Assembly (NCBI RefSeq): GCF_006345805.1
Contig: NC_043003.1
Coordinates: 69,750,001 to 69,814,000 of the forward strand
From: Octopus sinensis
Taxonomy: Eukaryota
Reading direction: 5' to 3'
Length of the DNA stretch: 64,000 nucleotides
The translations under genes were made by a program, and so were the position numbers. Under the pieces are notes generated by a model, which saw only the letters and a list, made by a program, of their open reading frames with translations, did no database searches and was not told the DNA's origin. Shown in pieces: positions 14,226 through 25,972 of this stretch (positions are counted from its first letter, which is position 1; each line of letters begins with the position of its first letter).

Positions 14226-15154
14226 CTAAGTAAAAATAGAAATAATATAACAGAAGAACAATTACTTGAAATACATCAGAAAGTTGAACCAAAGATGAAC
14301 CATTCCCATAAATTGTTACTTCAAGAGCTAAATATAACAGCTAAATCAATATCTAGCAAATGACAGCCAACTATTTTTAAAGAGGAAACATTTGATAATG
14401 TACTAGGGGGTAGACAATTCTTAGGAAGACCATGTCTTGGGTACCTTTTATTTACAGAGTTGCTCGATGAAGGACAACTTGCAGGTTAGATATCATTCCC
14501 TACAAAATAATAATAATGATAATACTAATTAATTCTTGCTTTATTGGCCACAAGGGCTAACATAAATCAAAAAACATGTAAGGACAAACACAGAACGAAA
14601 AGTACAAAGGGTTCTGCGAAAAAAGAAAAGTCTGTGTAAACATTAGAAAACAGCAAAAAATGTAACAATTAGAAAGAACTCCCAATAGGGGGAGGCGCTT
14701 CGAAAGGTTACTCGTGCAAAAACCCATAAAAGCCATGGGAGCCTGGTCAAAAAGGGGTATAGAGCCCCTTCTCCTTTTATATTACATTTTTTTTTACAGG
14801 TATAATCTCAGATTTGGTCCATTCATACTGGCCATTTTACTAACATTCACCAACCTTTCAATAAATTTGCTATGAGACAGTACTTCCCTCTCTACTCTCA
14901 TCTTCCAATCCTTTCTACTACAGGCACAAGGCCTGAAATCCACAGGGAGGGGACTTGTTAATTACATTGACCCCACTACTCAACTGGTATTTATTTCATC
15001 AGCTCTGAAAGGATGAAAGGGAAATGCAAACTCTGCAGAATTTGAACTCAGAAGATAAAAATGGGATGAAATGCTGTTAAGCATTTTTCCCAGTGTGCTA
15101 ACAACTCTGCCAGTTCTCTGCCCTCTGCAACTTAATAATATTGATATCAAGATA

Positions 15155-15728
15155 CAGTAATCCCTTGCCATTTCATGGTTCACCTATCATGCACTCAGTA
15201 TATCGTGGTTCACCTATTGTGCACTCAGTACATCACGGATTCTTCTTGCTAATATATATAAATTTATATCATGGAATCCTCAGTACATCATGGGTTTCTG
15301 TGGCTGATTGACACTCTTTCACTTGTTTCAGCCATTTGACTGTGGCCATGCTGGAGCACCATATCTAGTCAAGCAAATTGACCCCCAGGACTTATTCTTT
15401 ATAAGCCTAGTACTTATTCTATCGGTCTCTTTTGCCGAACTGCTAAGTTACACACCAGCATCGGTTGTCAAGTGATATATATATATACAACAGGCTTCTT
15501 TCAGTTTCCATCTACCAAAATCCACTCACAAGGCTTTGGTTGGCCCAAAGCTATAGTAGAAGACACTTGCCTAAGGTGCCATGCAGTGGGACTGAACCCA
15601 GAACTATGTGGTTCGTAAGCAAGCTACTTACCACACAGCCACTCCTTTATATTTATATTTTTTTAGATTTTTATTATTTCTGTGGGAAGTTTTGGAACGT
15701 AATACCCATGATAGTGGAGGTATCACTG
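15155..15728. mobile_element. pogo/Tigger-like MITE interrupted by a family B SINE (~15310-15645)
   Basis: TA|CAGTAATCCCTTGCC...GGAGGTATCACTG|TA imperfect terminal inverted repeats with TA target; internal sequence shared with 15793-15997. Confidence 0.7.
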
Positions 15729-15792
15729 TATTTGATTTTGATTGGAATACTAAGACTTCTGAGTAGTTGTTTAAAACAACAACATGAATATA

Positions 15793-15997
15793 CAGTAATA
15801 CCTCACCTACCACAGTTCACCAATCGCACACTCAGTATATCGCAGATTTTTCTGTCTAATATATATAAATTTATATCATGGAATCCTCAGTACATCGTGG
15901 GTTTCTGTGGCCAATAGGTATTTATATTTTTTTAGATTTCAATTATTTCTGTGGGAGGTTTTGAAACACCACACCTGTGATAGTCGATGGATTACTG
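15793..15997. mobile_element. pogo/Tigger-like MITE, ~205 bp
   Basis: TA|CAGTAATACCTC...GATGGATTACTG|TA; second copy of the element at 15155. Confidence 0.7.
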
Positions 15998-16380
15998 TAC
16001 TGTCAGGTGTGAGCTGGCAGAATCATTAACACATTGATTAGCAAATGTGTAGTGGCATTTCGTCCAGATTCACAGTCTGAGTTCAAATTCCACTGAGGTC
16101 AAATTTGCTTTCCGTCCTTTTGGGATTGATAAAATAAATACCAAGTGAACACTGGAGTCAATTTAATTGACTTGGCCGCTTCCCTGAAATTGCTGGCCTT
16201 GTGTTAAGATTTGAAATCAGTTTGAAATCAATATTGAGATATAATGGAATATTGAAGCGTAACAAAAAGCAGAGTGGAAAATCTTGTAATTAATCTCTGA
16301 ACAGTTGAAATGTTTCAGAAGTTCAATAGATCGTGATTTATCTTTCGAATTAAGGTTATGGTCTTCACAGAATTACTTAC

Positions 16381-16470
16381 CATTTTCTCTTGCTTCAGTT
16401 CCTTGAGATATTCAAGTTTTGATTTGATGGTTGCTATAGCATCTTCCAAGTCAGAAATATCAGAATCAAA
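16381..16470 (-). CDS. DCDC1: DCDC1 exon: FDSDISDLEDAIATIKSKLEYLKELKQEKM (coiled-coil-like)
   Basis: Acceptor ttttgtgtatatttcag, donor GTAAGT, 90 nt, phase 0/0; aligns with recalled human LIDELQTAIKSNIGHLCKL. Confidence 0.9.
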
Positions 16471-17334
16471 CTGAAATATACACAAAAATAATACCATAAT
16501 TTACATGTGTGTGAGTGTGTGTGCACGTGCATGCGTGTGTGCGTGTGTGTGTGTGTGTGTATCTGCTTCATCCTCCTTTTCATCATTTTATGTCCCCTTT
16601 TTCATGTTTGCAAGGGTCACAAATAATTTGTTGAAGCAGATTTTCTATGGCTGAATGCCCTTCTTGTCACCAACCAAGGGTGATATTTCCCATGGCCCCA
16701 AGCATGTTTTATACACAAGACTGGAAAAGATGGAGACCACTTTTACGTGACAACTGTCACATGATGTCTACAAAACAGTACACACACACACACACACACA
16801 GATATTTGTCCAAGGTACTATGTAGTGGGACTGAACCTAAGAACTCATGGTTGGGAAGCAAGCTTCTGAACCACACAGCCACAACTGCACCTATTTATGT
16901 TTATAAAAATCTACGCTTGAAAAGATATCGTGTGTAGAAGTTCAGTTGATGATGGTGCACATATGTATAGGCCGGTGTTCTGTGTGTGGCATAATGTATA
17001 GAATAAGTCAGATTCTAAATGCGGCAACATATTCCAAAAGGACCAGTAGGCTGTGTTACTGTCAATGTTTCCAGGCTTGCAGGGCAGTTAAAGGCATGTC
17101 ATTGCCCTGGTTACTAGGCTATAAGACTCTGTCAAGCTATGTCTTGGCTAGCAGGCAAAAGGAACTATCATAACTGCATTGCTGCAAAGCTCTGAAGGCT
17201 GCTTTATGGTTGTGTGTCTGCTGGACTGTGTCAGTAAGCGGACTACAAGAATCATGAAGGCTGCTGGATGTTCAGCTGTCTGGCAATATCAGAAGGTAAA
17301 GTGGGTAGCAATTAGCTATGTCAGTAAATATGTT

Positions 17335-17635
17335 GTTTGTTCCTTCTCAAGCCACGCCTGACTCATAAGGGCTGGTTTCCTGGTTGCATTGACGTATAGG
17401 CTCCTCACCTGGATGGGACACTGGTCCGTCACAGGTGAGCTGCTAAATGCAGGAGAAAAGAGTGAGAGAAAGTTGTGGTGAAAGAGTCAGCAGAAGTTTG
17501 CCATTACCTTCTGCCGGAGCTGAGTGGAGCTTAGGTGTTTTCGCTCATAGACACACACATCGCCTGGTCTGAGATTTGAACCCGCGATCTCTCGACCATG
17601 AGTCTGCTGCTCTAACCACTAGGCCATGTGCCTCC
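17335..17635 (-). mobile_element. tRNA-derived SINE (family D)
   Basis: Head GGAGGCACATGGCCTAGTGGTTAGAGC (A box)...GGGTTCAAATCTC (B box); body shares GAAAACACCTAA.GCTCCA and CTCTTTCACCACAACTTTCT with the copy at 40545-40900. Confidence 0.75.
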
Positions 17636-18553
17636 ACATGCCAGTAAATATAGCAGCTTAATAATTGCTACTTATCTTTTATTTGTTTCAGTCATTAGAC
17701 TGTGGCCATGCTGGGGCACTGCCTTGAAGAATTTTAATCAAATGAATTGACTCTAGTACTTATTGTGCTTTTTAAGCCAGATACTTATTCTATTAGTCTC
17801 TTTTACTGAAATGCTAAGTTACAGAGACATAAACAAACCAACACAGGTTGTCAAACAATGGAGGGAGACAAACACACAGATGCATACACATAGATATATA
17901 CATATACACAATGGACTTCTTTGGGTTTCCATTTACCAAATCCACTCACAAGACATTGGTCAGCCCAAAGCTATAGTAGAAGACACTTGCCCAAGGTGCC
18001 ATGCAGTAGGACTAAAGCCAGAACCATGAGGGAAGAAAATTTGTGCTTGTATTAAAAATTGTTTCCCATAACTCTCTCTCACACTCACACCTACACACAC
18101 ACACACATTTGATTTAGTCATGTAACTCCTTTACTTTACTCCTCTCTTCCCCAAGTGTAAAGTTCCTCCCACATGCATACACTTTGGGCTCATAGTCTTG
18201 CAAGCTGCATGGCAACCTCACTGGTGCTGGTGACATGAAGAATGCACCCTTTTATATGCTGTAAAGTGTAGAAACCATTTCAAACAGACACAGGAGCATG
18301 ATGCATTCCTGGACTCATCAGATCCCGTCAAACTCTCCACCCATGCCAATATGGAACACAGATGCTAAATGATAATGATATATGTGTGTGAGTGTATATA
18401 TATATGAGAGGTATTAGTATCTAGAAGACCCAAAGAGTGGCAGGTAATGCTAAATAAGTGCAATGGACAGACCATAGTTAAACTCTTGGTTCAATAGTGA
18501 TAGGAGTGAGGAATCTAATGTGGGTCATGTATCAGTATGTATTAGCATATACA

Positions 18554-18794
18554 TTAGACAAAATGAGATAACAAAACCAAGGCTGTGAGGAGTTTTCAGG
18601 ACATTTATAAGGAAAAAGATATAGATATAGTCTTACAGCTGTTTCTGGAATAATATGGATATCTCACATCGTGTCTGATGAAGGGATATCCATAATATCC
18701 CAGAAACAGCTGTAAGACTATATCTATATCTTTTTCCTTATAAATGTCCTGAAAATTCCTAACAGCCTTGGTTTTGTTATCTCATTTTGTCTAA
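18554..18794. mobile_element. Fold-back (110-bp inverted arms, 21-bp spacer) carrying a hammerhead motif; probable Penelope-like pLTR remnant
   Basis: Arm 18554-18663 is a near-perfect reverse complement of 18685-18794. Confidence 0.85.
18671..18718 (+). ncRNA. Minimal type I hammerhead ribozyme motif (family HHR-C)
   Basis: gtgt-CTGATGA-a-gggatat(ccata)atatccc-a-GAAA-cagctg-TA-agac: 7-bp stem II, palindromic stem III ACAGCTGT, GUA site; stem I has one mismatch. Confidence 0.75.
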
Positions 18795-20053
18795 GATATA
18801 TAAATATATATATTGTGACCACAACTGATCATGACCAACGCCAGTACCTCTTGACTGGCTCCTGTGCCAGCAGCATGTAAAAGGCATCATCCGAACATGA
18901 TTGTTGCCAGGCCCACCTTACTAGCTCCTGTGCCAGTGACACATAAAACAAGCACCCACTACACTCTCGGAGTCATTGACGTTAGGAAGGGCATCCAGCT
19001 GTAGAAACTCTGCCAGACCAGATTGGAGCCTGGGTACAGCCACTGGCTGTCCAGTCTTCAGTCAAACTGTCCAACCCATGCCAGCATGGAAAACGGACGT
19101 TAATTGATGATGATGATCATCATCCTCATCATCATCATCATCATCATCATCGTTGTTTAATGTCTGCTTTCCATGCTAGCATGGGTTGGACGGTTCAACT
19201 GGGGTCTGGGAAGCCAGAAGGCTGCACCAGGCCCAGTCTGATCTGGCAGTGTTTCTACAGCTGGATGCCCTTCCTAATGCCAACCACTCCGTGAGTGTAG
19301 TGGGTGCTTATTACGAGCCACCAGCACAGGTGCTAGACGGGGCTGGCAAATGGCCACGATCGGATGGTGCTATTTACGTGCCACCGGCACGGAGACTAGA
19401 CGAAGCTGACAACGGCCACGAATCAGATGGTGCTTTTTACGTGCCACCAACACGGAAACCAGAAGAAGCTGGCAATGACCACGAATCGGATGGTGCTTTT
19501 TACGTGCCACTGGCACGGAGGCCAGTCAGGGCGGCGCTGGCTACAGCCACATTCGGATGGTTCTCTTACGTGTCACTGGCACTGGTATCACAGCTACAAA
19601 TTCCATTGATGTTGATCGAATACGATTTTGATTTTGATTTTCACTTGCCTCAGTAGGTCTTCCCAAGTGGAGCTTTGTGTCCCAAGAAGGATATATATAT
19701 ATATATATATTTATGCACAAAAATACATCCAATAAAACAAACACAAATTAATTTTTAAAATGTTATTCTTTTGTTTTTTTTATATTTTTATCGTAAGAAA
19801 TAGAAGAAAAAGTATAATTTTTAAAGTTTTCTAAAAATTATTTTCTTTGAAATAATTTAAGATCGAAATGGTAAACAGCAGCAGCACCACCACCACCACC
19901 ACGAACAACAACAACAACAACAACAGCGACAGCAACAATATATCATATAATAATGTTATTTCCCTTTTTGTTTTGTGCTGAAGAGAAAATAGACAAATTG
20001 AATTACTTGATGAAGACTGCAATTAACTATTAATTGAATTGGAAATTACCAAC

Positions 20054-20146
20054 CTTAGATATTTCTTCAGGCTGTTCAACAGATCCTCTTGATGGAAGTT
20101 TAGAAGAGAACTGATGCTTTTTATCAAGAGATTTGTCAGCAACCAA
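20054..20146 (-). CDS. DCDC1: DCDC1 exon: LVADKSLDKKHQFSSKLPSRGSVEQPEEISK
   Basis: Acceptor cattttcaattgttttcag, weaker donor GTTGGT, 93 nt, phase 0/0; EQPEEISK corresponds to human KEQEEVSR at the expected position. Confidence 0.8.
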
Positions 20147-20699
20147 CTGAAAACAATTGAAAATGATCAATCTTGTGGATAATCTCTTGGATAATGGATA
20201 ATGTGAATAGATTTAGATCTGTTCATATAACTTCAACGAAAATGATTTGATATTAAATCAGATAAATTTATTCTTAAATATATTTCTTTCTCTTTTAGTC
20301 AGATTTCTTTTTAAAGTCAGCGATTGTAATTCTAAAATAAATATAGAGAGAAACTGGTCAAGAATTAGAGAAGTGTCCTGCAAGAGTCAGTGCGGCACAG
20401 TAAACTAGATTGCCTTGGTACCAGACACACAGCCATGAGATCAGCAGAATTTGCCTTTGAAAGCAATGTTGCCAGATGTTTGTGGTTGTACAAGCTGACT
20501 TTTCAATGGCCAAGTTCAGGTATTACTTCTCAATAGCCAGATGCAGGTATGGCTATGTGGTAATAAGTTTCCTTTCCAACCATATGGTCTTAGGTTCAGT
20601 TCCACAGCATGGTATTTCTACTTTCACCCTAGGCCAACCAAAGTCTTGTGGATGGGTTTGGTATATGGAAACTTAAGACAGTCACTATATATATATATA

Positions 20700-21075
20700 C
20701 AGGGTGCGGTGAATATATTGTTGTCTAAATTACACAAAAATAACACTGACTTCTCATTTTAACAGATACATTTACCAAAATTACATAAAAGTATCTTGAA
20801 ATACTAAAGAGTAAATTTATTCAATAAAATTGCCATTGGCTTCAACCACAGACTCCAGAAGATTTCAGAAACTCCTAAAACTATTCTGGATGGTCTGCTT
20901 GTTTAAGTTGGTGAATGCTGCCATAATCCTTGCCTTCAGTTCATCTTTGGAATTATGAGGAGTTTTGTTGGTCTCTCACTCAGATGTGCCCCACACATAA
21001 TAATTAAGGGGGTTGCAGTCTGGGGAGTTAGGTAACCAGATGTTAGGGGTGATGTGGTCACAGAAATTGTCTGTC
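20700..21075 (-). mobile_element. Tc1/mariner-superfamily (maT/DD37D-like) transposase C-terminus and terminal repeat, decayed
   Basis: Minus strand reads WLPNSPDCNPLNYYVWG..ETNKTPHNSKDELKARIMAAF...LESVVEANGNFIE*, followed by a terminus CAGGGTG next to TA. Confidence 0.8.
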
Positions 21076-22434
21076 TGCTGCTGGATTGGCTTCCATGCAG
21101 GTAGCATGCAAAAAAACACCTTTTGAGCATGGTCATTGCCAGAACTGTCTGACTGGCCCTCGTGTCAGTGGCACGTAAAAGCACCCACTAAACTCTTGGG
21201 GTGGTTGGCATTAGGAAGGGCCTCCAGCTGTAGAAACTTTGCCAGATCAGATTGAACCTGGTGCAGCCTTCTGGCTCACCAGTCCTCAATCAAACCATCC
21301 AACCCATGCCAGCATAGAAAGCAGACGTTAAATGACAATGATGATGATGATGATGACACACTCTTCAGAGTTGTTGGTGTTAGGAAGGGTATCCAACCAT
21401 ATAGAGGAGTACAATGCAGTCCTTGCACCCATCAGATTCTGTCAAACCATCCAGCGCCTGCCAGCATGGCACCTGGATGTTGAATGATGGCGATGATGAT
21501 GATGAGGATGATGATCTGGTGGGTTTAAACACAGTTTCTATCTATGAAATTCACCCACAAAATACTGGTCATCCTGAATTGATAGTAGAAGATTGCAGAG
21601 TAGGATGGAACCTGAATGCACATGGTTACTAAGTGAGTTAGTCAACCATAGAGCCGTTGCAAGAAGTCTGTGTTTTTTTTTTTTGTTAAGTTTTTTAAAA
21701 TAGAAATGAAAAGAGGGAAGAAAGAAAGAAAGAAGGAAGATAAAAATAGAAAGTAAAGTAAAAAGAAAGAATGAAAGGAGTGGAGGAGGGGAGAGTTGAA
21801 ATTTTTTACAGCTGGGTGCACTTCTTACTGTTAACCACTGAACCATGACGTTAGAGAGTAATTTATTTTTGTCTGTTAAGTAAACTGAAGGAAACAGAGT
21901 CATGTGGTTTGCTAAGGTGTGGAATCAAATAAATGACTAAGACAAGGCTGGATCTCAGGGCTAAAGGGAGTAGCAGCAACAGCAGCAACAGCCAACGCCA
22001 TAACTTCATGGCTTAGTCTTTAGATTTTAGATTTTATCTTTTACAGTAGAAGACACTTGCCTGAGGTGTCATGCAGTGGGACTGAACCCAGAACCATGTG
22101 GTTGGGAAGCAAACTACATACCACATAGCTGGTAGAACTGGTAGCACACTGGGCAAGATGCTGAGCAACATTTCAGCTATCTTTACGTTCTGAGTTCAAA
22201 TCTCACTGAAGTCATCTTTGCCTTTCATCTTTTGGGGGGCAATAAAACAAGTACCACTTGAGTAATGGTGTCAATGCAATCAACAAAGCTTCTCCCATGA
22301 TATTGCTGGCCTTGTGCCAAAACTCGAGATCAATTTGTGTAACATATGTTACACAAAATGGTTTGTATCAAAATGTCTTATAGCCACCATACGTGGTGTC
22401 TTTTACCATACACAGACTTACGACCATGCTTACC

Positions 22435-22560
22435 TTATGATGAAGAAAGAGGGCCTGGAGAATTTAGGGATGACCAGAGAGATTGAAGGGGAAAGAAACA
22501 GAGGAAGGAGAAGGGTGATATAGATGTCAAGCTTGAGGAACTGGTTGGAAGCAAGAAACA
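22435..22560 (+). mobile_element. RTE-like 3' fragment (host of the 22572 insertion)
   Basis: MKKEGLENLGMTREIEGERNRGRRR resembles the RTE pattern LE.L...GKIEGKR.RGR.R. Confidence 0.55.
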
Positions 22561-22662
22561 TTAAACATCAGTACAGTTCTATATTTAGGAGATGAGGAAT
22601 TATGTGCATTATTTACATTATTTACATTTGACGGATATTTGTCCTCATCTTGTTTGTTGTTA

Positions 22663-22706
22663 ACACAATGTTTCAGCTGATATACCCTACAGACTTCATC
22701 AGGTGT
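22663..22706 (-). ncRNA. Degenerate minimal hammerhead (family HHR-B), left arm
   Basis: acac-CTGATGA-a-gtctg..cagct-GAAA-ca-TT-gtgt; core intact, stems II and III mutated. Confidence 0.55.
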
Positions 22707-22805
22707 CTTAGGGAAATTTCAAACTTGGGTTCTCATTCCTAATAATAATAATGACATTGAAAAATACCTTAGGAATGAAAACCCAGGTTCAAAGTTTCCC
22801 CCAAG

Positions 22806-22849
22806 ACACCTGATGAAGGCCTGAGGGTATATCAGCCGAAACGTTGTGT
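22806..22849 (+). ncRNA. Minimal hammerhead (family HHR-B), right arm
   Basis: acac-CTGATGA-a-ggcctg..cagcc-GAAA-cg-TT-gtgt; stem I acac/gtgt, palindromic stem III ACGT. Confidence 0.75.
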
Positions 22850-23478
22850 TAACAACAAACAAGATGAGGACAAATATCCGTCAAATGTAAATAATGTAAA
22901 TAATGTATTAAACATCAGGACATTTTCATAGAAACCAAGATATGGTCTGTAACATCAAAGCTTTATCTTTGAATTAAACATAGAATCCACCTGCAGAGCT
23001 TCTATGCAGTTTTTGTCTACTCCATTTAAATCCTAAGTTAAGGATGGGCCTGAGAATGTGTGTGGTAAAAGGCACCACATAAGTTATTCTGACACAAACC
23101 ATTTTGATCTGATAATGATTTATTTGACATAAGACATTTTAATGTCTCTCTCTCACTCTCTTTCTTTCTCTCTTTCTCTCTCCCTCTCTCTCTCTCTCTA
23201 TGTAAACCTGTTTATGTGTGAACATCCAGCTATGTTTGTATGTATGTACAACATCTCTCCACACTCTCTCTCTTTCTGTATGTATGTTTCTGAATGGTAC
23301 ATGTGTGTGTGTGTGTTTAACTGTTTGTAATATCGCCATGCACACACACATTCACACACATACATGCACACACACATTCACACACACATACACACACCCA
23401 CACTGACTGTCATGAGGAGAAGGTAAGAGAAACAGGCAGAGAAGAACAAACCATTTCCTAGTCTAGATTTCATTTTAA

Positions 23479-23712
23479 AACAAAATCCTGAAATACCACA
23501 ACCTATTGGCCATCTACATTTTCCATCTTGTGGCGTTTGAGACTTTTGCTGGGGTCAGACCACTGACTGCGAGATTCCTGTCTTCACTGGCAACTCACAT
23601 TGCAGAGGTAACTGGTGAGGCTCGTGAGGGTGCTTTGCTGTTCCAGTGCATCAGCCTCGCCATCACCCACGGCAATGCTGCAAGTGTACTGACGTGTCTT
23701 AATAGCCATTAG
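23479..23712 (+). mobile_element. C-terminal restriction-like endonuclease (RLE) fragment of a CRE-like non-LTR retrotransposon
   Basis: NKILKYHNLLAIYIFHLVAFETFAGVRPLTARFLSSLATHIAEVTGEAREGALLFQCISLAITHGNAASVLTCL* fits the recalled pattern K..KY..L...Y.F.P.A.ET.G.....A..FL..L...I...TGD.RE...LFQR.S.A.QRGNAASV.G. Confidence 0.75.
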
Positions 23713-25360
23713 AAAGGTTTTCCAGCGCCCCCCACCCACAACTTTTCAACCCAAGGTGGTGATCGTTTTGTTTTTTTTCTTTCCTTTTCTCCCTTTTTCT
23801 TTTTCTCGTTTTTCTTTTTAATTTTTTCCAACTCTGTTCTCTGTTTTGTCCAGTTTTCTAGTTTGGTTTTGTAAAATGGTAAACATTGTGAAGGCAATAA
23901 AATTTTCCATTCTATTTCAAAACACCAATCACCAATATGACCATTGCCCACAGCAGATCAAACTCACAGCTTATCTATGGTGTCTCACAGCATCAAAGGG
24001 AACTGATTCCATACTAAATAGGGAGCATAACAACCAAATTCATAATTGCCAGCTATAGGTGGAGGAATAATGGCACTAAATTTAATTTGTGGCATTGGTT
24101 ACCCATTATTACATTATTAAATATATTCTTATGCAATGCCAGTGTTTGAACAAAAAAATCATTTTTCTTTGTACCATTTTGCTTGATACCGCATTATTTT
24201 ACCAATATTCTACCATTTATTTCCAGGAATGATAAAAAAAAATCAATCTCAATTAGTAAATTAACCCCTACTCATATAGTCGGGTTCACTTGCTTTGGGG
24301 CCTGTTATTCTAAGAGGACACATTCTTTTCTCAGACAAACTGCTGTACAGCTATCTCTCTCTCTCTCTCTCCCCCTCTGCCAATCTGTTTATACATTTAA
24401 TATCCTGCAACAACTCAACAATATTCTGAAAATCACTGACATTTTAATTTTTTCTGAACATCTGCTGAACAATATATAAATGTTTCTGTTATTGCCATTA
24501 TCATCATCATCATCATCATTGATCATCAACATCATCATCACCTTGTCATCATCAATGTTGTTCTTTTTTCTCACCCTCTATCTCTTCTTCTTCTTCTTCT
24601 TCTCTTCTTGCCTTCCCTTCCTCCTCTTCCTCCCTACCCTTTCTTGCTCCTCTTCCATTTCCTCTTCATTGTCTTCCTTCTCCTCTTCCTCTTCTTCCTC
24701 CCCTTCCCTTTCCTCCTCCCCTTACCCTTCCTCTTCTTTCTCCTCCTCTTCTCCCTTCTTCAGCACTCACGTTATGTCATTCATCGTCATATTTTCATGA
24801 TGCAAGAAAAAGATGTTCATATTCCAAAAGTCACAGAATTACAAAAAGGGATTCTATGACAAAAACTGTGAAATTATCTCAGGTTCCATTAACAAGACTA
24901 TCTGAGATCACTCGCAACAACAAAAAAAAAACGTAATAATAATAATAATAAAAATAAAAATCACAAATCACACAAACCTATTATTGATTTTTTTTTTACC
25001 AGTAAAATACAGCAGAAGAAGAAAAACAAAAGTATTCAAAGAAATATTGATGTATTCAGATCTTTTGCAAAAATTTTAGTCTTCACTTATTGACTTATGG
25101 TGATTGTAAATAAAGTTTGTCTATAAATTTCCATAGAAATTAGTTACAAAATGAAGTTAGCATCAAATGTCAAAAGCAGATAACAGCTTAATGATTAGAA
25201 TTACAAAAGATCCATTTTAATTGGAGGTGCAGGAGTGGCTGTGTGGTAAGTAGCTTGCTTATCAACTGCATGGTTCTGGGTTCAGTCCTACTGTGTGACA
25301 CCTTTGGCAAGTGTCTTCTACTATAGACTCAGGCTGACCAAAGCCTTGAAAGAAGCCTGT

Positions 25361-25401
<41 letters not shown>

Positions 25402-25429
25402 AATTTTTTGCATAATAAGATTAAAAAAA

Positions 25430-25870
25430 CCAAGCCTGTGTAGATATTAGAGCATTTATAGATAGAAGGTCTTACAGCTGTTTCTAGGATAATTATTAAT
25501 AATATCCCTTCATCAGAGATGGCGTGAGAGGATAGTTAAGTCATAGTTAGTTTAGATGTGATACAAAATAGAGAGTGAGGTTGAGGAAAGAAAATAGATG
25601 CAAGATATGTATGGGTATTGAAGTTGTAAATCTATTTTTATGAATAATGGTATATATGCAATAGTCCAATATCCTATGGGTAAAGTCCAAAAGTCCAACA
25701 GAGTTTAAAATGAGTCCTTCCAAATATAGAGTTTATAAGCAATGTAAGATTCCCTTATGAGTGAGATCCACCAGATTTTTAAACTTGGTCATTCCCAGTA
25801 GAGAATTTATATACAGTGTTGCAGAGTCAAAGGTTTTTATTTAAACTGACCTAAAAATAGGGAGTGTGTT
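25430..25870 (-). mobile_element. Penelope-like 3' remnant (possible GIY-YIG C-terminus + HHR-bearing 3' repeat)
   Basis: Decayed LIRESYIAYKL..EGL (cf. RE..WI..L.T..P.GLN) upstream of an HHR-C motif; coding similarity is weak. Confidence 0.5.
25469..25520 (-). ncRNA. Minimal hammerhead motif (family HHR-C)
   Basis: atct-CTGATGA-a-gggata..tatcct-a-GAAA-cagctg-TA-agac; same core and flank as 18671-18718. Confidence 0.7.
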
Positions 25871-25972
25871 AGTAAGGTCAAATCAAAAACAGGAAGAGGA
25901 GTGAAGAAAGAGAAAAAAAAATGACACCATTATCTCTTATAACCTCAACTTCTTGCTATATATATATATATA

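Larger units (their letters stand above)
22572..22906. mobile_element. Non-autonomous fold-back element with an HHR motif in each arm and 12-bp TSD (Penelope-like)
   Basis: Arms ~22608-22742 and ~22770-22906 are inverted copies; TSD ATTAAACATCAG at 22560-22571 and 22907-22918. Confidence 0.85.

Noticed and set aside
19300-19580. CRISPR-like alternation of a ~33-bp conserved block (CGGATGGTGCTTTTTACGTGCCACC) with ~30-bp variable segments
   Set aside because: The spacers are related to each other and to the 66-bp SINE VNTR, the context is eukaryotic and there are no cas genes; it is a diverged minisatellite.
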